From: Botryllus schlosseri | Lineage: Eukaryota | Direction of reading: 5' to 3' | DNA length: 64,000 bases | NCBI GenBank assembly: GCA_051294905.1 | Contig: CM119372.1 | Span: 2,110,001 to 2,174,000 of the forward strand | Shown: positions 29,001 through 42,550 of the stretch, piece by piece | Position numbering within the stretch: position 1 is the stretch's first letter | Layout of the letters: each line of letters starts with the position of its first letter | Position numbers and translations under genes: made by a program | The notes under the pieces: generated by a model | Told to the model about the DNA's origin: nothing | Seen by the model: the letters and a program-made list of their open reading frames with translations, nothing else | Databases searched by the model: none

Positions 29001-32000
29001 AGGCTAATGTGAAATAGATACATCGATATTGTATTAATTGCTTAGAAAATGAAGAGCTTCTAGGAGGTATAGAACTTTGATATACAATTTAATAATAACT
29101 GATATTGAAATAATCACAAAAATTTTCGGCTGACACTCGTCAGGGGTAATTGTCAGCGATTAGCAGAGAATTGGAAAGAACATTGTATATCAACAATCGT
29201 ATCACCCAGTACGAAGTCACCGAAATGAAATTTTGAATAAGAGAGGTCAAGTGATCGCTTTAGCTCAATGCACTACATCTTAATTCAGAATTGAGAGGAA
29301 TATTATATCCCAATAATCGTATCACAGGTGATGTCATTGTCATATCTAGTGATACCGTTGTTGATATACAGTGCAATGTTCCGCTGAATTCTTGACTAGT
29401 TGCTGATGATTACGCTTCACAAGCGTCAGCTCAATATTTGGGTTTATTTCAATGTGACTATATTACTCTTGCTGTTTGTCAATTGACCCCTTGAAAACTT
29501 GCCCGGGGTGTGGTGGATTTCAATCTAGACATATGTATTGTTTAACCAACCTATTCAAATGTAACTCTGAGTCATATCTCCATCCAGGGATCGCTGACGG
29601 ATTACCTGCGAGCCAACACGGTCACCATGGACGAATGTCTTCGAATGGTACAGACCATGGCGTGCGGAATGTCCTTCCTTCACGAAGATATTCAAAAGCC
29701 AGGCACGGAAGCCAAGCCCGCAATAGCGCACAGAGACTTTAAAAGCAAAAATGTACTCCTCGATCACAATCTGAACGCGGTTATCGCCGATTTCGGTTTA
29801 GCTGTGAAATTCTTGCCGGGAGAGAGTCCAGGCGAGAGCCATGGCCAGGTGCGTGTTACTTTTACAATCTGATTGAGGCTTGGATCTCTTAGAATCGGGT
29901 CGGTTTTTCTGAGTATATGTAGGCGTTGCCTGTTGTTATGGTTTGGTGTGTGTGGTGTTATCGGGATTCGGGAGGCTAGCTTTGGGAATGTTTTGGAGGA
30001 GTGTTTTGGAATCAAACTCAGACGTTGAAATGTACCGAATAAGGCGTTCAAACTTGGACTACTTGATAGTTCTAGTTGAACTAAGCTAATTAAAGCGGTA
30101 ATCCCGGTAATTCTAATCTAATTTCTGGTTTTCCTGAAAATACTATAGGATAATCGTACTGTGCGAATCGTTCCAAGCTGGGTTTAGGCTACAACCATTC
30201 GCCATTATCATGCTTATGAGAACGGACTCCTGATTTGATATGGATTGATCTCGATTTTTGGTGTGTTTCTTTCTAGTTTGGAGTTTGATTGAATTTCCAC
30301 GTTTTTGTGAATTCAGTAATTCTGATTCTAATCCAATTTGGATAAAAAAAAACTTTGTAGCGGTAGATATAAATCAAATATTAGTCTAATTTATGAATTA
30401 CTGTTGTGTGCTAATTTTAAATGTAATCTAATTTCTGGCTTTCCTGATCATGCAACAGGATAAATTTATCGTGCGACTTGCTGTACGTACATACGTTTGC
30501 CATTCTAATGCTCATGATAATGAACAATGATTTGATATGAATTGAAACTGATTGTTTGTGTTTCTTTGTAATTCGGTACTTGATTCAATTTCCAATTTTT
30601 TTAAATTCAGTAATTCTGATCTAATTTAGAGAAAATTGTGTGGCTGTAATTCAAATTCTAGTCTGATTGAAAATTTATGAATTATTTCCATGCTCTAACT
30701 TTAATTCGAATCGTAAAAAATACTATAAGGAAATGTATAGTACGAAACGAAGCAGGTTTGGTGTTCAAATATTTGCCATTTTCTTGCATATGAGACGAGA
30801 ATGAACTCTGTGACTTGATATGAACTGAACGTTTTTTTTTGTCCATCTGTTTGATTCTGAACCTGATTCAAGTTCCAAGTTTTTGAGTGTTCAGTAATTC
30901 TGATTGTAATCTGATTTGGAAAACTGTGTAGCTATGTATGTATGCGTGTGTCTGCAGGTGGGCACGCTGCGTTATATGGCTCCCGAAGTGTTGGAAGGCG
31001 CGATCAACTTTCAAAAAGACGCATTTCTACGCATCGACATGTACGCTTTTGGCCTTGTTATGTGGGAAGTCATGACGAGATGCACGGCATATGCAGGTAC
31101 AGTTGCATACTTCCGTCAGGGTTGAAATGACTAGGGCTGGGCTGACGGAATTCATCTGGAATTGAGTATAAAGCTTTGAGTATCACTAATTATTCCGTCA
31201 CGGCAGTATGAAAGATGTACGTAGTTCAAATATGTACTTTTTATGCGACCACAAAGAATATCACGCCACTTCCACATCGCAATTTTGTGATTTTTCGACC
31301 ATACCGATTTCATTGTACTTTATGGCAATGCTGTGGGTCTATCACAATTTCACAGATAAGTTATATTCTGGGACATGTCTAGATTTGTGCTCCTAATCAA
31401 TATTATTAAAATAAGATTGACTCTAACCTTGTGACTTGGTTACCGGTACTAGGGTAGGGTGGGCTGAAGAAACGAAAAATTTGAATTTCAAAAAGTGCCT
31501 TCGATATTTGGTCCCAAATTCGAATGAATTACTTCTATCATCATTTCAGGTTCCTGCACCCTCTAGTGGCCGTGCAATTTCACCGAGGGAGCCGACAATA
31601 GCTAATTTTGCCATGTCTTGATACTCGCTTATGCTAGAAAGCTAGTTTTGGGGTTAAAAGCTGCGGAAGCAACATGTTTCTATCTCACTGTCTTGAAAAT
31701 GTACAAAAAAGAAGTTGCAAGCAAATTGTTAAATTTTAGACTGCCATGAAAATGTCGGCTGGTTTTACGAAGTTTGCAATGCCAATTTGCATGTTACGAT
31801 TTGTTGTACTGCTGCTTTAACAACAAAGTCTTGTTTGGCGGACCTACGAGTTGATTAATAAATCAACCTAGCATAATTTTGATGGGAAAGAGAGAATGAT
31901 TGAACTTTCATCATATTACATCACGACAAAGCCTTATGATATGAACTTGGTGAAAAGGGTATCTTCTGTTCAACTCTACAACATACGACAGGCCTAGCCT

Positions 32001-35000
32001 GAATTGTTAAAAAATTGAATCAGTTACAGGTAATCAGCGATATAATTTCTATATACCTCATACCTGTATGCCGTCAGACCAACGCGTAACAGTCAAACAT
32101 TTTCGCAGAGTGTGGTGAATTCAAAATGCCTTTCGAAGCAGAATTGGGGCCTAACCCGTCCATGGACTTCATGCAGGAACACGTGGTGGAAAAGAAACTG
32201 CGTCCCGCTATCAGAGATGGGTGGAAGTCAAATAGGGTGAGTCGAAACTGTCTTCTTCGCTTGGAATACTGCAATTTGTCTTGGCACAGTAGGCCTACAT
32301 GGAAATGAAAGTTTGGAATAGCTGTATGCAGGATTCTGCGGTTGGTTGTGGTATGTTAGCAGAGTGATTGGTACTACGAAAGAAGAAATAACATATTTCT
32401 AGTCTAACAGAATGGTTCTCGACCTTTTTGACCTCGCGGACCTGTGAAACTTGAACAAAAAAAGGATTGTTGGCGTCCAACGTCTTTTGTTTTGGAATTG
32501 AGATAGAAAAAAATTCTAATATATTTGTCGGCGGACAACTTGCAACAGCGGTTGAGAACCACTGGTGTAACGCAAGTAGCATTGCATGACGCTAGCAGCT
32601 TGTAGATTTTCTTAACTGATATTAGCAAGTTTGTAACAATTTGATCTCAGATATTGCGCGTGTCACCGTTCTATGACTTCCTTGACATCCGTTTGTCAAG
32701 TCAACTTGAACGAATTCACGGCCCGAGAGCTCTCTTCCTATCTTTTGTCATGAGTTGTTCTGTATGATGGTGTTAGGAACCTTTGGGTGAGCGTATAATG
32801 CGTAATGATTTGGGAAAAAATAACTTGTGGCATTATCTACTTCTCTCTCGGGTGGAACGCATGTTTATAACCTTTTTTGACAAAAATTATTAAAAGATTT
32901 TCATCCTGGAGGTACAGAACTTCAATATACAATTGAATACTATATCCATATTGAAATGATCTCAAATATTTTTGGCTCAACTTGTCGGGGGTAATCGTCA
33001 GCAACTAATTTTAAAGGACATTGCATATCAACACTCGTATCATCGAATGTGAAGTCACTGCCATAGAAAAAAACTGTCTGCCTGGAATATTTCAATTTTT
33101 GATTCATATTGAAATGAACCCGAATATTTTCAGCTGACACTCGTCACTAACTGGTAGAGAATTGGAAATCACATTCAATATTGAATTCTCTACTAGTTGC
33201 TGACGATTACCGCTGACATGTGCCAAAATATTTGTGTTATGTCAAAACACATTTATTATTCAATTGTATATTGAAGTTATTTACCTCCATGAAGCTCGCA
33301 CGCCATAATTTCTCGAGTAATCCCCCCTTTCTTTCACATTCCAAGACTTAAACGGTTAGTAGCACATTAAACAATTGTAAAACCAGGATCGGTTCTCTGC
33401 ACACAAATTTAATTTGGTTTCGAACACACCAGGATGACGTGAATCTTTGCGAGACTATGGAGGAATGCTGGGATCACGACGCGGAAGCCAGGCTCTCGGC
33501 AGGATGCGTGGAGCAGAGAATCATCGGCCTGCGGAGGAACAGAAGAGACCAAGTCATGTCGCCTCCTCTCATTGTGGACATGCAGTCTCCGACGAGCTAC
33601 GCGGATACGTCTGCTATGGTAAGTCTTTAGTAGTTAGGAGCGTAAAAGTTCAGTACTCGAACACATCGGCTCTCCCTACTCAATTAGATAGTGCTGAAAT
33701 TATACATTTCTTCTCAAAATTTATCAATGAGAATTATAGTTTTGATATCATTTTCCACTGCTGTAAACCTCAATTGGTTGTATACGAAACATGTAGCACG
33801 AAACTATGCACGTTACCGGAAATGACATACCCGTGAAGTCATGATCAATCCACGTCATTGTCACAAGGTGTAATGTAAGAGGTATGGTCGGAAAATATCA
33901 AATAATCTTTAATGAGATGTCATTGTATTTTTTGTGGTCGCATAAAAGGAAACTATTTGAACTTTCGACCTCGTGCAAACTGTCGCGACATTTATTGAGT
34001 GATATTTGAAGCCTAGTACTCAATTCTGCCCAGTCTTATTTGATTTGCCATTTTCTTTGGTGCATGACGGATTTTTGTTATTTTCAGAACCAGATTAACA
34101 TGCAGATGAGCGTTTTGAGGAGGGACGACGAATTCGATGATAAGCATAGGTATGAATGGATTTTTTTCCACAAGATTTTACAAGTGGTGATATTTAGCCA
34201 CATGTTCATGAATGTAATCAAAAGTCGGTCCGGTAGATGTAGTTGACCTTTGCAAATTGGATCTTCTTACCGGTGGTTGGCGAACCCCTAGTTACATGAA
34301 ACGATAATCTACAGCTTTAATCATCTAATACATTACTGTAGGATACTTGTGCACAGATCGAACCGTGCACCAACCACAGTGCTCAAAGTACAACACCATT
34401 AAAACGTGATTTTTATATGAATAGAAAAGATTATTTAATGAAAATTTAATGCAAATCAGTGTGACTTCTGCAGTATGGGTTGGTTGTATGTCTTGGTATC
34501 CAGCAAACCCTTGAGGTTTGTGTGAACCCCTGTTCTAGGCATTGTGGTGTCGGCTGTGTTGGCTACATCTGCATATACTCGCGATATGTCTAAATTACTA
34601 GAAAAGTTCACCGCCTTTTTTGCTGCATTTAGGTTATACCAGTGCGGTGTGTTCTGAGCGGTGTTTCTTCATTCTGCGGTACCTTGTACCCCTGCATTAA
34701 CAAATACAGATATTGCGTCATAAATTTATATGCATTTGGTTGGGATCAAGCAATTCAGCTCAGCATAATAATAAAATACTAAAGAAACTACAAATTTGGC
34801 CGGCTACTTATTTAGTTCTTGGGTACATTATCTGTTAATATTTAGAAAAGGCAGTCGTGTGTTTTGGCCGGTTACACGACTCTTTGAAAAAGAATTTGGA
34901 GGTACAGAACTCAGAATACTGTCGAATATTCATATTGAGATACACCGGAATATTTTTAGTACAGAATGCGAAAGAGTATTCCGGTTTAGTCTGATATGAA

Positions 35001-36213
35001 TACATTATTCGATTACGTAAGTCTCTTGTGTAGGAAGTCTTTGCTACCACGCCTTTGAACCGCCCGCCAGATAGATAGCAAGGTGCGATTGCTTATCGCC
35101 GTGTTTTCTTGTGATTTAGAATCGCTGATAGCGCCTCGAGTGGATCTGAAAACAGTGGGGACTTGAAGGTGAGATAAGGAATGGTGTTGTGTCGTGTTGG
35201 AAGTTGTTTAAACGCAATCATCTAACCGTAGATTGTGTTTCAGCAGAAACCCTGTCCTCTTGAGTTGGTTTTCATCTTGTGCAAATGAATAATATAATAT
35301 TCGTATTGAAATGTACCGGGATGGTTTCGGCGGACACTCTTCAGGGGTAATTGTCAGCAACTGGCAGAGAATTTTAAAAAAGATTGTATGTCAAAAAATG
35401 TATCACCAGATATGCTTTACGGAAATAACAGAACGGGAAATGTGGAGAATTCGAATATGCACCGTTTAGCAAATATAATGCCAATTCTACATCACATTTA
35501 CATCGTTTTGCATTTTTTTCGACTATGCCTGTTTCGTTGCACTTTGTGACGATGCCGTGGGACGATTATGATTTCACAACAACGTATTTTCTACTAACGT
35601 ATGTAGCTTAGTAGCCTGCCGCGTGGTGTGCTATATCATGGTTTTAGACTTACACGGGTAGAAAAAAGTATTGAAAGTGTGACTCTCGTAGCTCTTATAG
35701 CGGCGGTTCTCAATCTGTTCCACAAGATTTGCGAAGCGGTCCCTCTGAAGATTTTAGCCGACTCTTGGTCCCTTGTAAAATCAACGCAGAACAACACGCA
35801 GTAGTTTGCAGTGTGAATGCGACTTTACGTTGACCCAACGGTATAATTTTGGGACGCCTGCGAGTTTGGTTTGGGAAATAAGTGGCCTGAATTTTTTTTA
35901 AATGGTCTCGTGGACCCGAGTTTGAGAACCACCGCCTTGTAGGACCCGATTATGTAGTAGATAACTTTTATGGAGCGCCTTAATGTTCTGATATCGAGCA
36001 AATCGATTTCAGAAACGTAGCGAAAATTGCCAAGACGACGACCACGACTCCGGCACCTTCGCAAACGAAGACACTCTGTCGCACGATGGCGTTATGGAGC
36101 AGCTACTCACAAACAGCAATACAGAGAGCTCCCAGTCTGGCGCGGAAGACAACGACTCTGCGACTTCTCTCTTGTCCTCGGAAGAACCTCTCTTGTCATC
36201 AGAACAAAGCTGA
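16988..36213 (+). CDS. ACVR2: Activin receptor type II (TGF-beta family type II Ser/Thr kinase receptor); 14 coding exons, about 636 aa
   Basis: Exons are 16988-17006 (tentative), 19258-19388, 20079-20218, 20989-21122, 22319-22464, 23307-23474, 27155-27301, 29588-29848, 30958-31096, 32109-32236, 33433-33618, 34088-34149, 35120-35168 and 36013-36213, with consistent phases. Ectodomain: [23 protein letters not shown] segment: [23 protein letters not shown]. Kinase motifs: [76 protein letters not shown], typical of ActRII. There is no GS box. Confidence 0.95.
21270..21640. mobile_element. Palindromic hAT-type MITE in an ACVR2 intron
   Basis: Near-perfect hairpin with arms of about 175 bp and TSD atgaatat / atgaatac, inserted into another repeat. 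Confidence 0.85.
23966..26581. mobile_element. hAT-type element with (GGAGTC)n subterminal repeats and nested inserts
   Basis: TIRs CAGGGCTGT.GAGTCGG / CCGACTCCACAGCCCTG with perfect TSD gtcagaat; GGAGTC arrays at 23976-24150 and 26430-26570. Confidence 0.88.
25518..26039. repeat. Long inverted repeat (foldback element), 232-bp arms and 58-bp spacer
   Basis: 25518-25749 is a near-perfect reverse complement of 25808-26039. Decayed family members occur near 9000, 10310-10510, 18350, 21230, 22070, 29060-29460, 32905-33295, 35300 and 37960. Confidence 0.9.
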
Positions 36214-38681
36214 CTCAGCAGTGTGTCTCTGCCAGACTTGGATAACTAGATAATTGTAGTTGTCTGATTAAACTAATTACAGCGAACTGCCAGTGATCTA
36301 ATTCTAATCTCGTTTGTGAGATGCTTGTTTGCTCTAATTTTAATTCTAATCTAATTGTTGGTTTTCTTGAAATTGCTACAAGATAACAGTATAGCGCGAA
36401 GCCAAACTTGTTGTGCAGACTTTTTCCCCCCTCATGCTTATGGGAATGAACTGAGCTTGTTGAATTTCCCAGTTTTCGCGGATTCAGCAACTCAAATTCT
36501 AATCTATTAGGAAAAAACCGCAGCTATATTTCTAATTCTAATCTACAACAGAAAAGCTGAATGTTTTCTAGTTTTCCAAGTCTGGTTTCCGCATTCTTGC
36601 TCGTAATATGTTTACGTTGTTTCGGGGATTGGCAAATCAGATCGAATGTATCACGCCGGCGCTTCTAGCGTCGGGGATTAACTGCTGCTTGGGTGTCTAT
36701 GTAATTCGATTCCGAACTGAGTATTAGGCTCGAAGTGGAAGATGCGGAAAGTCGGAATTTGTACTTTTTTATGCGACCGCAAATAATATAGTGCCAGTTC
36801 AACTCCGCTTGTCTGTAATTTGGTCTTTTATTTCGGTCGAGCATACTTCATTGCTGTCTGCGACTGTGCTGTGGACTGATCGCGACTTCGCAGATATGTC
36901 ATTTGTATACTGCGATATGAGTAATCAAGGTTTACAATAGGGATGTTCAAAAAGAACTTTTTTTTCGGATACCAGGGGTTCACCGATTGAGTTTTTGGGT
37001 TGCCTAAAAAGACGCTGCACACCGCATTCGGCTCAATTCTAACCAGTATACGCCGACGCACATCCTATTGAAATTTTTGAATTTACCATAAAAACTTTTC
37101 AAAAATTTCAAATGTTACTGTCAACCCCATGAAATTGTATACACGGCAGGGTTATAATGACTCAAGTCATGACTCGACTCGAGTCACAATTTTCTGATGC
37201 CTCGACTCAACTCGAGTCATTGCGCATGACTCGAACCAAGTCATACGACTCGAGACTCATACGGCCGAGACCTACATTTATCTGTAATTTCGAAGAATAG
37301 CAAAGTACAACCACACTATTGGGATTTCGTCTGTTGGTACTATAACTTGAAAATGTGACGAAAATGACTCGGACTCGACCCTCTGCTCGTTAACTTGGAC
37401 TCGGTGGTGAATTGAAAACGACTCGATTTGACTCGAGTCAAAACTATAAAAGTGAGATTGACTTGTGACTCCGTTACAACCCAGAATTATGAATGAAAAA
37501 CTGAAATAACTCCGCTTGTACGGCAATTATATGGGATTGACAGTAAAATTGAATAAAATATTTACATTTTTTCATAATAAATTCGAAAGATTTCAATTGG
37601 CTCTGCATCGCCGTATACTGGTTGGAATTGAGCCAGATGTTGTGAGCAGCGTGTTTTTTTTTCAGGCAACCCAACAATTTAATCGGTGAATTCTCGGGAT
37701 AAGGAGAAAACAATTTCTGATCAACCCTAGTTTACAACCTTCTGCAGTGAAACTGTAATTCTCGATGATAAATTAACTCTTAGCGCCAAGGAAAGTATAA
37801 TTTCAGTTGCGCTGTAACCTTGAATTACTTCCTTTGTTATTCATACTTTCATCTATTTTCTCATTTATTGCACGTCGAGGCGGTCGGTCTAGTTGACAAG
37901 ATGTTGCATTCTGGTTAAGGTGTTCGCTCTACTTCGTATGTTATTTGTATATTTGGATATTCGGGTTCATTTCAATATGAATATACTATTTAATTGTATA
38001 TTTGGATTGGAAACGTTCAGTGGCTCTTGTGATCAGTCATGATAGTCATGTCGATTGTGGTTACGAAGCAGGACCTGTTTCACTTACGTTTGCAATTTAG
38101 TATGTTTTATAAATCCAACTTGACGCCAAATTGTTTTGTAAATCCAACTTGTAATATCATCTGATGTGGTCTTAGCATTCTCAACGGCTCGCATTCTTAT
38201 ATTAGTACATTCAACTGATGTTACTCCCGGTCTGCTACATTTATAAGACAACTATCTTGATACAGGAAGCCTTCATACCTGAGATCGGTGGAGTATGTCT
38301 ATCCAGTCGCAATAAATGTTGGAATGTGTATCGATTTTTTCGTTTGCATGGCATGAAATCTTCCGCGTAACACTGCGTACTTGAGTATCTCAATTCTGTA
38401 ACAACCGCTTTTGTATGGCGCTTATGAAATTTGACAGTTCAACAGACTTCTGATCAGTACAAGATGCTTTTGTGTTTTATTTTACCGTTACTACAGTTTT
38501 TGATATTGGAATTATGGATCACGTCTCCGAAAGCTGTCGTATGCCAAACGTATTTTTAAATTAATCGTCATTTCTTGTGGCTACTCTTTGTTTTTGCCTA
38601 TTTTCGTATTCTATGTCCACCTTTCTTGTCGATTTTTCAATGTATATATCGTTATCTTTTGAAGTATTTAACCACATGACG

Positions 38682-38687
38682 AATAAA
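38682..38687 (+). promoter_or_regulatory. Candidate polyadenylation signal of ACVR2
   Basis: AATAAA at the end of a T-rich, 3'UTR-like stretch downstream of the stop at 36213. A second AATAAA lies at 38311. Confidence 0.35.
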
Positions 38688-38789
38688 TTGTGCAAGCCGA
38701 AATGTACTGCTTTAATACTGCCTGTGGTGACGTAGGCCTACTACGCCGTATCATAGCTATGGTCTGGTTGTCTGTTCAAGTCGCAGCTC

Positions 38790-39310
38790 AAAAGATTCGG
38801 AAACTGGAAGTTCTCAAGTTTATGTGTCAGTTCCGCCGCAGTCTTTGCCCCGCATATTTCAATGACTTCTTTACCTCGTAATCAAAAGTGCGTAAGTACA
38901 GCACGCGCGTCCTGGTCCAACTATCATATGGTTGACCTAAACGATCATCGCTCTGTCAAATATGCCGAACCTGTAGTGTGGAACAGAACAGTATCCCGTC
39001 AGCTGTCAGGCAGTCAACGAGCGTGACAGCATTCAAATCGAAATACAAGCCGGCTCTATTGAATAAATACTTGTCGGAGCTTGAGATTGCTGGACCACAA
39101 TCTGATATATCGACCTCGCATTACGTCAGACGACACCTCATTGGTCTTTCTTTGTTATCTTCTACTACTTTCCATTCGGTGTGCATGACTCCTCTTTACT
39201 TGGCCCGGGTGGGTATCTGATTTCAACGACTACTCCAAGTCATTTCTCCGCCTTTCTATCTTTTCATTGTATCGCAATCATGTGGTGGATTGATTGGATA
39301 AAAGTTTAAC
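38790..39310 (+). mobile_element. Degenerate 3' fragment of the same LINE family
   Basis: RKLEVLKFMCQF..YFNDFFTS and SIPSAVRQSTSVTAFKSKYK match the ORF2 C-terminus, followed by a similar 3'UTR. Confidence 0.85.
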
Positions 39311-40311
39311 AAAAAACTGAAGTAAACTGCTAGGGCAGGGACGGGAAACATACAGACCCCAGGCGGGATTTTAAGCGGCCCCCGGACGGTTTTCGGTCCT
39401 ACCTGACAGTCTGCCGCAATCCCCCACTAATTGCTTATTACTTAATACCATGCGAGATAGATTTCGAAGACGGAGCAGTTGTATCAATGAGCTCCGGAGC
39501 TAATATTCGCGATAGAAGAAAGCACTGGAACAGTTTAAAATGTACGCCTGCTCCAAATCCCTATAATCAGTGCGCTACTGAGAGGCAGCTCGTAGTTTTA
39601 ATGCGACGTCACCGGAAACGTCTTGAAGGGAGTCACTCTGAATATTTACAAGTTCAAGACAAAAAGTAGCTACAATCCGCAGCTATTTGCGTGGGTCAAG
39701 GGGATATAATAGCGTGCTTAGCAATTACATGATGTAGGCGGACTTAGTCGTGTGTATGGCCGTGGAAATATTAACTTACCCTTGGGGTCAGTATTTAAAA
39801 CAAAAGTCTGGCAACGGGCGCATATCAATTTAGAGAACTACTTTGAAAAGGCAGTCGATTTTATGGAAATGTGCTGGATAATACAAACATTGGGTCGTGT
39901 GTTGGATCTTGGATGACATCGTCCTAACGCACCGAGCCTCAATAAATTCTACCGGGTACTAACAAAACTTCAAATGTTACCCCTGTCGGGTGGTAAGAGC
40001 GGGCAATTTCCTCGACACCACTAAGTATAGCTTTGCTGACTAGCAATGCTTTATAATCTGTTTATGCTCAGAATTCTGTATTGGCAAGCAGGAACAATGA
40101 CTCAGATATGCAATACTGCTCTACATATATATTGTTTTATGCATTTTTCTTTTTTACGTGCTTTTCACTTTGCCGTTGACTGGTGTTAAGACTCTGAAAA
40201 TGAGAAAATATGAGTGGTCAGTAAACCCATTGTTGACTGAATGTGGGCCTAGGCTACTATTTGCCCGCCCTAAGTATAAAGATTTATATCATGCGGTCCA
40301 TATGAGGTGGT

Positions 40312-40707
40312 CAGGGATGCATTTAAAACAAATGGTGTTTTAAAACAAAGGCCCTTAAAAACAAAATTGTGTTGTTTTTAAGTTGTAAAATTATGCCATA
40401 ATTCTGTAAATACTTTCCAAAAGACGTGTTGTATGAGCCTACGGACAATTACCACCCGATATAGCCGACTTATATCGATATGGGATGGTTGGAACCCTCA
40501 AAACAGTCGGTTCAACATTATTAGTACAGATATTTCGTCAAAGGAGTTATGTTTACCCTATTTTAAACTGTCAATATCAATCCACTATGACGTCACAACT
40601 AAATTAGTGACGTCATGGCTTAAACACAATATGAAATATGTCTGAAGTTAGGGCGTTGTTTTAAACATGTTTGTTTTAAATTGATTTTCGTTCTAAATGC
40701 AACCCTA
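40312..40707. mobile_element. hAT-type MITE (GGGTTGCATTT family)
   Basis: TSD gaggtggt / gaggtgga; absent from the paralogous segment near 62155. Confidence 0.8.
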
Positions 40708-42038
40708 GAGGTGGATATACTAGACTAGTGGTTATCAAACTTTTTAGGCGCGCCCCCTTTATGATGGTGAAAAATTTCGCGCCCCCTTGTCGTCATATCA
40801 CAGAATGGAACCAGAATGCTGGCAATCCCAACGGCTAGTTTAATGGCATGGAAGGTAATGAAAGTTGATGAGATAATTCTCAGATATGAAATTCGGACTA
40901 TAAACAGAGCAATAACCATGAAAATGCGGTTGACGTCAGCTTCGCGCCCTCCTTCAGATGCTCTCCAGCCCCCAAGCGGGCGCGACCCCCAGTTTGAGAA
41001 CCACTGTAGGCCTACTATACCTATGTTTGACTGGAATTTAAACTGCTAGAAGTGATGAATTTTCGGAACAGAATTGGATAGGAGCTTTAGCTGCAGGGGG
41101 CCGACCTTTTTGTCCAAAGGGCCACATGCAATTGAACCACTGCGCGGGCCACTAACAACGCGAGGCGCAAAATTTAAAAAAAAGTTAATATGTCAATAAT
41201 ATTGCTACTCGTGTATATCGCTGGGCTCCGATTGCAGGGACAGGACCATTCGGCTCCTGGAAATATCGATATCGAAAGCTTCGACCAAAATTCGTCAATC
41301 ATCTTTCCGCGAGCTCAAACGCAAAAGGTCGCATATATTGGACGACACTTTCTCTCGTAGTTGCGAATATAGTTAGACTTGATCTGGTACATCAGACGTT
41401 TTTTCTTCATTTTCAGGAGAGGCAACAATAGTTAAAAGCAAAAAATCGAGTGATAACATATATTGCGCGGAGCGTGAAGAAAATTGTTACGAAGATAAAT
41501 ATATCGCAAAACATTCTACTTATTCTACTTTATTGTCATGTACGAAGATCTACCAAAATGTGACTGGCCCATGCATCTGCCAATGCGTCGGAACTGATAT
41601 TTTACTCATCAACATCCCAAGTGTTGCGGCCAGACTAATCAAATTTATGGTTGGCCTTGCAAGTTCACAATCTGGGCAATCCATTTTTGATAATATAACT
41701 AATTTCGAAAATAGCCTCGCGGGCAACGGGTTGGCCGCCCATGAGCTAAACCCACAACCTTAGCGAAAATGGTGTGTAGGACTATTCACACCCAAAGGGT
41801 GGTACACGAAAACAGAACCTAATCAGAATCATATCACGGATGTTCTACATGCATACCGCGCTACGTCCTCACGTGCAAACATTGTTTGGATTAAAATGCT
41901 GCGTTTGATTTATACACTGGTGTAAGTCTGAGGTAGATTCTGAGCTCCTGCACCGCGGGTTCACAAGTATCTTCACATCGGTATATCACGGGTGGTAAAC
42001 GGGCGTGAACGCACACTTTTTTTGCCGAAAATGCACAC

Positions 42039-42550
42039 TAGGGCTCTTCAAAAATGACTTTTTTTCTCAAATCGTACTGGCTACTTGATAAAATTGTTAG
42101 GTTACCTAATTTAAGCTCACCAAATTTGGTTCAATTCCAACTAGTGGAAGCGGAGTTATTGCCGTCGAAAAATTTGGAATTGAAGAAAATAGTATTTACG
42201 GTGACCGATTCTTTGTTTAGTTATTATAGTGGTGATCACCGTAAATACTATTTTATTCAAATCCAAATTTTTCGACGGCAATAACTCCGCTTCCACTAGT
42301 TGGAATTGAACCAAATTTGGTGAGCATCGTTTCTATACACAGCCTAACACTTTCATGGGGTGAACAGAAAATTTTCAAATTTTTCATTATTTATTTTTAT
42401 ATAATAAATAGAAACTTTCTTCTCCTGTAGCAAAGCGGTTACGGGCTGGAATTGAACCAAATTTGGTGTGTAAGCTTAAATTAGGTAACCTAACAATTGT
42501 ATCAAGTGGCCAGTGCGATTTGAGAAAAAAGTCATTTTTGAAGAGCCCTA
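42039..42550. mobile_element. Second copy of the palindromic MITE family
   Basis: TIR TAGGGCTCTTCAAAAATGAC with perfect TSD atgcacac; homologous to 21270-21640. Confidence 0.85.
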
